A DNA stretch of 64,000 nucleotides, taken from contig CM114271.1 of NCBI GenBank assembly GCA_050084515.1, forward strand, positions 31,930,001 to 31,994,000. The letters are read 5' to 3'. The notes under the pieces were generated by a model, which saw only the letters and a list, made by a program, of their open reading frames with translations, was not told where the DNA came from and did not search any database. A program made the translations under genes and the position numbers. Positions 51,747 to 61,700 of this stretch are shown piece after piece. The DNA comes from Blasia pusilla. Taxonomy: Eukaryota. Positions within the stretch are counted from its first letter, which is position 1; the number at the start of each line of letters is the position of its first letter.

Positions 51747-54565
51747 CAAGCACAACCGAGTTATACACACGAAGTTGTGAGAGATTTGAGTTTCTGCGTT
51801 TCTAGATTTGAGCATTTCAGATCTGAATCTTGCCGAGGCCATAACTTTGAGGTGGAGTGTCATATGAAGCTGAGATTTGGAGGCAACGTGAAGTATAAAC
51901 TGGCGCCCTAGCTCTCAGATTTGCAAGCACAACCGAGTTATACACACGAAGTTGTGAGAAATTTGAGTTTCTACACTTCTAGATTTGAGCATTTCAGATC
52001 TGAATCTTGCCGAGGCCATAACTTTGAGGTGGAGTGTCATATGATGCTGAGATTTGGAGGCCACGTGGAGTATAAATTGGCGCCTTAGCCCTCAGATTTG
52101 CAAGCAGAACCGAGTTATACACTCGAAGTTGTGAGAGATTTGAGTTTCTGCGTTTCTAGATTTGAGCATTTCAGATCTGAATCTTGCCGAGGCCATAACT
52201 TTGAGGTGGAATGTCATATGAAGCTGAGATTTGGAGGCGACGTTAAGTATAAACTGGTGCCCTAGCCCTCAGATTTGCAAGCAGAACCGAGTTATACACT
52301 CGAAGTTGTGAGAGATTTGAGTTTCAAATCTGAATCTTGCCGAGGCCACTTCTAGATTTGAGCATTTCAAATCTGAATCTTGCCGAGGCCATAACTTTGA
52401 GGTGGAGTGTCATATGACGCTGAGATTTGGAGGCCACGTGGAGTATAGAGAGGCGCCGTAGCCCTCAGATTTGCAAGCAGAACCAAGTTATACACTCGAA
52501 GTTGTGAGAGATTTGAGTTTCTGCGTTTCTAGATTTGAGCATTTCAGATCTGAATCTTGCCGAGGCCATAACTTTGAGGTGGAGTGTCATATGATGCTGA
52601 GATTTGGAGGCGACGTGGAGTATAAACTGGCGCCCTAGCCCTCAGATTTGAAAGCAGAACCGAGTTATACACTCGAAGTTGTGAGAGATTTGAGTTTCTG
52701 CGTTTCTAGATTTGAGCATTTCAGATGTGAATCTTGCCGAGGCCATAACTTTGAGGTGGAATGTCATATGATGCTAAGATTTGGAGGCAACGTGAAGTAT
52801 AAAGAGGCGCCCTAGCCCTTATATTTGCAAGCACAACCCAGTTATACACACGAAGTGGTGAAAAATTTGAGTTTCTGCATTCCTAGATTTGAGCATTTCA
52901 GATCTGAATCTTGCCGAGGCCATAACTTTGAGGTGGAGTGTCATATGATGCTGAGATTTGGAGGCAACGTGGAGTATAGAGAGGCGCCGTAGCCCTCATA
53001 TTTGCAAGCACAACCGAGTTACACACACGAAGTGGTGAGAGATTTGAGTTTCTGCGTTTCTAGATTTGAGCATTTCAGATCTGAATCTTGCCGAGGCCAT
53101 AACTTTGAGGTGGAGTGTCATATGAAGCTGAGATTTGGAGGCAACATGAAGTATAAGCTGGTGCCCTAGCCCTCAGATTTGCAAGCACAACCAAGTTATA
53201 GACACGAAGTTGTGAGAAATTTGAGTTTCTACACTTCTAGATTTGAGCATTTCAGATCTGAATCTTGCCGAGGCCATAACTTTGAGGTGGAGTGTCATAT
53301 GACGCTGAGATTTGGAGGCAACGTGGAGTATAGAGAGGCGCCGTAGCCCTCATATTTGCAAGCACAACCGATTTACACACACGAAGTGGTGAGAGATTTG
53401 AGTTTCTGCGTTTCTAGATTTGAGCATTTTAGATCTGAATCTTGCCGAGGCCATAACTTTGAGGTGGAGTGTCATATGAAGCTAAGATTTGGAGGCCACG
53501 TGTAGTATAAACTGGCGCCCTAGCCCTCAGATTTGCAAGCAGAACCGAGTTATACACTCGAAGTTGTGAGAAATTTGAGTTTCTACACTTCTAGATTTGA
53601 GCATTTCAGATCTGAATCTTGCGGAGGCCATAACTTTGAGGTGGAGTGTCATATGACGCTGAGATTTGGAGGCAACGTGGAGTATAGAGAGGCGCCATAG
53701 CGTTGTTATTTGCAAGCACAACCGAGTTACACACACGAAGTGGTGAGAGATTTGAGTTTCTGCGTTTCTAGATTTGAGCATTTTAGATCTGAATCTTGCC
53801 GAGGCCATAACTTTGAGGTGGAGTGTCATATGAAGCTAAGATTTGGAGGCCACGTGTAGTATAAACTGGCCCTAGCCCTCAGATTTGCAAGCAGAACCGA
53901 GTTATACACTCGAAGTTGTGAGAAATTTGAGTTTCTACACTTCTAGATTTGAGCATTTCAGGATCTGAATCTTATGGAGGCCATAACTTTGAGGTGGAGT
54001 GTCATATGACGCTGAGATTTGGAGGCAACGTGGAGTATAGAGAGGCGCCATAGCGTTGTTATTTGCAAGCACAACCGAGTTACACACACGAAGTGGTGAG
54101 AGATTTGAGTTTCTGCGTTTCTAGATTTGAGCATTTTAGATCTGAATCTTGCCGAGGCCATAACTTTGAGGTGGAGTGTCATATGAAGCTGAGATTTGGA
54201 GGCCACGTGTAGTATAAACTGGTGCCCTAGCCCTCAGATTTGCAAGCAGAACCGAGTTATACACTCGAAGTTGTGAGAAATTTGAGTTTCAACACTTCTA
54301 GATTTGAGCATTTCAGATCTGAATCTTGCGGAGGCCATAACTTTGAGGTGGAGTGTCATATGACGCTGAGATTTGGAGGCAACGTGGAGTATAGAGAGGC
54401 GCCATAGCCCTGTTATTTGCAAGCAGAACCGAGTTATACACACGAAGTTGTGAGAGATTTGAGTTTCTGCGTTTGTAGATTTGAGCATTTCACATGTGAA
54501 TCTTGCCGAGGCCATAACTTTGAGGTGGAGTGTCATATGAATCTGAGATTTGGAGGCAACGTGGA
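51747..54565 (+). repeat. Tandem array of ~16 x 177-bp monomers (5' end of LINE A3)
   Basis: ATAACTTTGAGG occurs at 51841, 52018 and 52195 (period 177). There is a short internal duplication near 52325-52350. Confidence 0.95.
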
Positions 54566-57500
54566 ATGTCTAGAGGCGTCTTAATCCTAGAAATTTCAAG
54601 TACAACCAACTTCTAGAGCAGAAGTTGTGTGGTGTTGGAGATTCAATTATACTTTCTGGGATGCAGTGAAGTCGACTACAAGATGACCACTCGAGACGAA
54701 ATCTTGAATCTAGTGCAAGTGGTCTTGCATGAAGTGAAAAGGCTTCGACAAGAATTCAATGTACAAACTTCTCAATTAAACCATGCACATATTCAAATCC
54801 GAGAGTTGAAGGCAACGCAAGAGGTTCTGAAGAAAGTGTTGAAAGATAGTTCTAGTGAGATGCTCAAATCTCTCACAACTTCGTCTGTATAACTCGGTTG
54901 TGCTTGCAAATCTGAGGGCTAGGGCGCCTCTTTATACTCCACGTCGCCTCCAAATCTCAGATTCATATGACACTCCACCTCAAAGTTATGGCCTCGGAAA
55001 GATTCAGATCTGAAATGCTCAAATCTAGAAGTGCAGAAACTCAAATCTCTCACAACTTCGTGTGTATAACTCAATTGTGCTTGCAAAGAGAAGGCATCAT
55101 CCTTGGTGACTTCTTCCAATAGTTCAGGATTGCATGAGGTTGTTGAAACTTTAGAAGTGAAAATGAAATCTTATGCTGAAGCTACAAAGGTTGCTCATAT
55201 CTCTTTCTGTCAAGAGCAAGAGATAGAAAAAGAAAACCAATTTGCCCGTAGAAAGAATGTGAGAATCTCAGGTTTACCGGAAACAGAGAGCGAAGAGGTG
55301 AAGAGTGTTGTCACCAAGTTCTTGGTTGATACACTTCATGTTCATAACCCGGACTTGGCTCAAGCTTTTCGCATTGGGAAAACGGGCACACAACCTCGTG
55401 CCATTCTAGTCAAGTTTGTTGATCAAACTCAACGTGATCTTGCCATGGCTAACAAGGCCATTCTCAAGGGCGGAGGATATGGTTGGATCGATCTCACACC
55501 TCTACAAGTTGAAGCTAGGAGAAAGGAGCTTGCAAAGGTCAAAGAGGCTCAAGAAGCGAGGTTTTATTGCTTATCTACGTGGTCGAGCAATTGTTACCGA
55601 GAGAAAAAGAGAGTTATCAACCTAGCAATCCAAGAAGAGAGTCTTGATGTGGAATATACGAGGCCTTTCAACAACAAAGTATGTGAGTGCTCTACCAATT
55701 TGGGAGATGGCGAGATATTATCAATATTGTGGAGACTTGGGAACATGAGAGCAATACTATTGCGAGAGATGCAAGGGTTTACTTTGGTAGGATCGACATG
55801 GAATCAAAGAAGGCAACGGGCGGGGAAGGGGTTATGGCGGTATTGCTACTTTCATCAGGTCTCAATTTCTACCTCTCATTCATCTAGAAGATCAAGATAT
55901 CGGGGGTCAATATCATTGGCTACGTCTTGGTTTCGTTGGGGGATCTTATTATTATTTGGCGGTTTGTTATTTTGCACCACTCTCCATGCCTATCTACTCA
56001 ACACGCACTCACAATCGAAGTCAACCGTTCCATCGACTTATTGGGGATGTTCTCATAAATCAAAGCAAAGGTGAAGTCTTTCTAGTTGGAGATTTCAATG
56101 CTCGACATTAACGTCTTGCTCAATTTACCCAATTCAGTGATTCCTTGATTTCTCCTCTTCTCAAGAATATGAGGATGGTTTATGGTCTAGAATCTCTTGA
56201 GATCTTTCTACAAATCCTTTGTGAGTATTTTTAACCTTTGGAGCCACTTGTAATTTGAAAGTTCTTAATGGAACCTCTCATTTTCCCAACTCTCACCCAA
56301 TACGTGTTTCTCCTTTATTGGCGCTAGCACCATCGATTATCTTACATCCTCTCGCCCGTGATAGCTCTCTTATCTCTACATTTGATATTCTAGAACCTCA
56401 CTGAATCGGATCATGCACCTCTCTTGTTTACTCTCTCTTTGTCAAAGGAAATTCCTCTCTCGACATGTCAATCTATTTTAGCTTCTCCCAAGTTTCGCTT
56501 AGATCCTGGTAAAAAAGATCTTTATATGCTACATTTACAAGAACACTTGACTCGCATTGTATGGAGCCCTGATCCAAACACGGCAAGTATGCAACTAACG
56601 GAATTGCTCAAAAACAATGCATCTAAGTTCTTTTCGCGCCACTGGGATAGAAGTCCTAGGAGGCTGCCTTGTAATGGGTGGTTTGACTCTGAATGCAAGC
56701 AAGCAAGGGCACGAGCAGTTGATAAATCTTTGGATATCCCAAGTCGGCTTATTATGACGAGCCTTTACAAATACTTGGTGAAATCTAAGAAACGAGCTTT
56801 CTTGCGGCGAAAACAAGAGTCCTTGACAAGGGAGCTGCATGAGGACCCAAGTCTAAAGTCATTATAGTGGGTACTAGATCCAAGTTCTCGTTCTTTTACA
56901 AAGTTCTACAATTAGAACAAGTGAAGAGTTACAAATATCTAGGCATCGATTTCTCTCATGATTATAGTTGGGCACTTTGCATGCAAAAGAGAGTAGAAGC
57001 TGGTTACAAAGCTCTATATTCATTTTTAAACCGGTGTAGAAGAGCTCATCTTGTGTCTTGGAGTCTTAGGAAATTCTTATTTAGGAGCTTAGTGTTGCCG
57101 GTGGTCTTATATGGGACCCAAGTTTAGGTAAGAAGACATGTTGGGAGCGCGTGGAAAGAATGCAAAAGATCTTTCTACAAGAAGAATTGGGTGTAAGAAA
57201 CCAAACTCCGTATGCTATTCTTCTTGCGGAAACAGGTTTTCTTCCTCTAGAAGCAGAAGCTCTTTACTTGACCATCACTTACATCGCAAGGGTGAGATCT
57301 CTTGATGTTTCTCGCCTCCCTCATCAAGCTTTGCGAGCCACACGTTTCATAAGGTGGATGGCGGATGTGGTGACTTGGTCTTCAAAGTGGAATGTGGCAG
57401 AACGCGATTGGGACTTGAAACCGATGGCCCTCCGTGAGCATCTACAGAAGCAATCTCTCAACATCATTTGGAGCAGTGCGGGCACCAAAATAAAGTTTTA

Positions 57501-57975
57501 TCAACTTCATGTTAATCCTATGCTTGTATATTGTGAACAAGGATACCTACTTGAGGGGATCTCCACGTTCTTACGACATATTATCGCACGTCATAGAACT
57601 GGGTCTCATAGGCTAGGAATTGAGGAAGGACGATGGTTTAAAATTGATAGAAGTGAACGAATTTGTAGGTTATGTGCCGGAGAAAATATTGAAGATGAAG
57701 AGCATGTGTTTGTTACATGTCCAAGGTATGGAGAAATAAGACTAGCTCATAAAATAGATGTGGAGAATTTCTATTCTTTACTACAGCTAGTGCCTTATGA
57801 TTTAGGTTGTTATATTAGGGATGTCATCATTCATCGCTCAAGTGCTCTATGCTATAGCTAGGAGAAGGTCTTAAGGATCTTTTTCAGGGTCAGTGAATGA
57901 ATGACTTGTAATGTGTTTTTCAGCCTTTTGACCCTTTGGGTCCCACGGGCTTGATCTATTTACCATTTACCATTT
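51747..57975 (+). mobile_element. LINE family A, copy A3 (internal deletion of RT core at ~56850)
   Basis: ORF1 starts at ATG 54683. APE region about 55650-56420. The sequence jumps from HEDP to KSKVIIVG near 56850. ORF 57151-57861, then a (TTTACCA)n tail. Confidence 0.92.
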
Positions 57976-58428
57976 ATATTGTGAACAAGGATACCTACTT
58001 GTAGGGATCTCCACGTTCTTACGACATATTATCGCACGTCATAGAACTGGGTCACATAGGCTAGGAATTGAGGAAGGATGATGGTTTCAAATTGATAGAA
58101 ATGAACGAATTTGTAGGTTATGTGCCGGAGAAAATATTGAAGATGAAGAGCATGTGTTTGTTACATGTCCAAGGTATGAAGAAATTAGACTAGCTCATAA
58201 AATAGATGTGGAGAATTTCTATTCTTTACTACAGCTAGTGCCTTATGATTTAGGTTGTTATCTTAGGACGTCATCATTCATCGCTCAAGTGCTCTAGGCT
58301 GTAGCTTGGAGAAGGTCTTAAGGATCTTTTTCAGGGTCAGTGAATGAATGACTTGTAATGTGTTTTTCAGCCTTTTGACCCTTTGGGTCCCACGGGCTTG
58401 ATCTATTTACCATTTACCATTTACCATT
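57976..58428 (+). mobile_element. 5'-truncated LINE A 3' end in tandem with A3
   Basis: Near-duplicate of 57527-57975 with diagnostic differences, and it has its own tail. Confidence 0.9.
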
Positions 58429-58430
58429 TT

Positions 58431-59165
58431 ACTTACGCAACTCGTCGGGACGGTTGTTGGGATGCTTTAACACTTACGCAACTCGTTGGACTCCGACCAA
58501 TTGCTCGATTGATGAATGGATAAGGTTTTTTTTTGCCAAAAGCAACTCGTCGGACTCCGACCAGTTGCTCGACTCGACGCTTTTTTGGATGTTTTTTTAA
58601 GAATGCAACTCGTCGAACTCCGACGAGTTGTTCGATTGACCACACATTTAATTAGTTTTTGGCCGAAAGCAAACCGTCAGAGTCCGACGGGTTGCTCGAC
58701 TCGCCGCCTTATCATGATGTTTTTTGAAGAATGCAACTCGTCGGACTCCGACGAGTTGTTCGACTGACTGCAGGTTTAGAATGTTTTTTGCCCAAAGCAA
58801 CCCGTCGGAGTCCGACGGGTTGCTTGCCTCGAAACTGTTTTTGGCCGAAATAAACCCGTCAGAGTCCGACGGGTTGCATTTGGAAGTTGGTTCCCCAAAT
58901 TTCACGTCAAATTGCAAGTTTCCATTCAATTGCGCAACCTGTCGGACTCCGACGGGTTGCTATGTTCACGTTAGTATGTTCAGTTGCACAACCCGTCAGA
59001 GTCCGACGGGTTGAAACCAGGCATTAGCAAATCTGAATGCAATCGGTCGGACTCCAACGGGTTGCATCATTTAGCTCGTTGCTAGAATCCGACCTTGAGC
59101 TGTGACGACCCGTCGGAGTCCGACGGGTTGCAGGAACCCATGTAATTTCCTGACGGGTTGAGTTT
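58431..59165. repeat. Intron 1 (distal part) with ~13 palindrome copies, often ~62-65 bp apart
   Basis: Example: perfect GCAACCCGTCGGAGTCCGACGGGTTGC at about 58797-58823. Confidence 0.88.
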
Positions 59166-61319
59166 GGATGTGCAAGATTGTATCGGAGGGGAATGTCACC
59201 CACCACTAGATCCAGGACTGCGATTGGGTGAGGAAGGTGCTTACGACGCACCCGGGAGAGTACAGGGGGTTCTTGGGCGATGCCCTTGTCAATCAGATGC
59301 TTGCAAAGGGTGCTCAAATTAAAAAGAAAACTTGGGCAAATAAGTTTATTTCCCAAGATGCAGCCATAACCATCCTTTTCTGGTCGAAGATACAGGCCGC
59401 GAAGAAGAGCGCTGCACTAGAGCTGGAGCGGAGGGAGAAGGTATCTGCGTCTGAGCGCGGGAAATTCATCCAAGTTGCAGTATCTACAACAACAAAATAC
59501 ACGGCGAGCAAGATGCAGCGATACATCAGCATTCTCAACCCCGAACTTGGTCCGGAGTTCTACAAGGAGCTGAAGGCGATTATCAAGCGCCAACGGAAAA
59601 GGGATGAAGATCCGCATGGTCGGATTGGGGAGAAAGTGTCCCTAGATCGAGTGCATCGGTTTGCGTTGTCCGGCATAAGCGAGTTTAAGAGGATCCGACT
59701 GATGAAAATCAGTCTCGAGGGCACAGAGGCCCAGAAGAGGGCGGCACACCATCCTCCGGGTGTGTCCGATCCAGTGATCATCTCCCACTGGCTACGCGAA
59801 TGGTCGTTCTGGGACGCGTTGCGGGTTATCGGGAAGTCCGTGCTGGACGGTCTGCAAGCGGAGCTCAGAAGATTAGAGCCCATCCCGGATGAAGCAAACC
59901 TTGAAAGTTCTGGAGATTTCGAGGTTTGGCTCGACGACATCCGGGGCAAGCCAACCAAAAACCTAGGATTCAAGACAATGTTCAAGGTTTGCGTCCTCCC
60001 TCAGGCAGAGCTTGACGAAGAGGTAGAGGGGAACAAACGGGATCAAGCGAAGAAGAAGCGAGATCTACAAGAGCAGACGGCCAATTCTGTTCGACTAAAA
60101 GCTGCCCAACGGATGGTCTTCAGGTACCTCGTCCAGTGTAAGAATGCAGGTACGTGGGGAAAATTACCGGCAGCCTTGAAATTGTGGGCTTCGCTGTCGG
60201 ATGCAGAGACATTCTCCATGTATGACATGGAGATGGGGCAGCACATGTCCGATTGGGAGGTGGAGAATTTCCCCATTTGGCTCGACTTCAACGACCCTGA
60301 AGACATCACCGATAAGGATTTACAAGTGCTTCATGATGCAGTGGCCTCAAGACAAGACGACATCCCCAATTTCGTGCAGACTGAAGACTTCTTCGAAGGA
60401 GATGCAGAAGAGCAGGCCTACGAGACAGCTGAGTTGGCTTCCAAGGTCCGCACAGCCAAAGACAAATCCACAACGGGTCTCAAAGGCAAGGCGAGAGGAG
60501 GGAAAAATTCAGAGGCCGAGTCTTCCCAAAGAGAGGCTCAAGATTCAAGGCCAGAAGCGGAATCGTCCGGGCGAGCGGGGAGAGAGGGTCGGACCAGGTC
60601 CTCGACGAAAAAAACCCCACAAGAGTCTGAGGTCATAGAGACCCCGACAAGCCGTCCGCAGACTCGGGAGAAGCGGAAGCGAGAGGTGCCAGGGTTGTCC
60701 CAAGGAGAATACAGTCCATCATCCTTGGGAAGACACAGACAAAGTACGACCCGGACAAGTGTCCTCCTTCAGTTCACTCCTTTACTGGATGAGCTGAAGA
60801 GGTTCAGTTCTCAAGCGTCTACACCAACCATCGATAAATTGACAACGCTGGGACGGAAGCTCCAACAAAACGGGCACGCTGCCTGGACGGTGAATGGAGT
60901 GGTCGAAGAGGTTGCGGTGGATCTCTTGATCACTGATCTGCCCTCGGGGTTGCGACTTTGGGGCGAGAATCCGTCGGACGACGTACCTGAGTGGAATGTG
61001 CCGCTCTCTTATGACCAGATTGCACTATTGTTCTCCTTTGCAGACGCCTATCTGAGTGACAGGGGCTGCTTCTTGGTGTTGACTGGAGGGAGCGAGGACG
61101 AGCTCTTCAACCTCCAGTGCATCAAGAGGTCGCTAAAGTGGAGGACGGCGCAATCGTGGATCATCAAAAACGAGTACCCACTCCGATCCGCGACGAGTCA
61201 GATTCGGGTAAGGCTCAATTCCTGTACTATAATCTCAATTATATTTTAATGATGTGTATAATGAGTGTTCATCTCCGTTGAGTGAGTATAATGAGTGTCA
61301 ATCTCCGTTTTTTTGTCCG

Positions 61320-61700
61320 TGAGCAACCCGTCGGAAGGCGACGGGTTGCTGGCTTAGAGTAGCCCATGCTCGGCTGAGAGCAACCTGTCGGTTTCCGACG
61401 GGTTGCATCTTTCCCACATACACAGGGAAAACCGTGGTGTACCTGCAACCCGTCGGAACCCGACGGGTTGCAGTTGCTTTTGGTTTTTCCCTGTGTTTCC
61501 GGAAAGCTGCAACCCGTCTGATAGCGACGGGTTGCTCTCAGGCGAGCATGGGCTGCTCTAGGCCAGCAACCCGTCGCCTTCCGACGGGTTGCTCAATTTC
61601 ACTAACATAGCCCGACCGGGTTGTTTTAGTCCCTGACCAACCCGTCGGAAGGCGACGGGTTGGTCCGGGACAAAACAACCCGTCGGACTCCGACAGGTTG
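61320..61700. repeat. Intron 2 with 7 palindromes, five of them forming a ~275-bp inverted repeat (61320-61595)
   Basis: The left arm GAGCAACCCGTCGGAAGGCGACGGGTTGCTGGC..ACACAGGGAAAACC is mirrored by GGTTTTTCCCTGTGT..GCCAGCAACCCGTCGCCTTCCGACGGGTTGCTC. Confidence 0.88.

Noticed and set aside
51747-54565. CRISPR array or repeat-protein gene (MTLHLKVMASARFRSE.. ORFs)
   Set aside because: The units are contiguous with no unique spacers. The ORFs are antisense by-products of a 177-bp (3n) period and are interrupted by stops in many units.
58431-59165. CRISPR-like reading of regularly spaced palindromes with variable spacers
   Set aside because: The context is a eukaryotic intron with no cas genes. 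The repeats are degenerate and the spacers are related, T-rich sequences. Kept as binding-site candidates instead.
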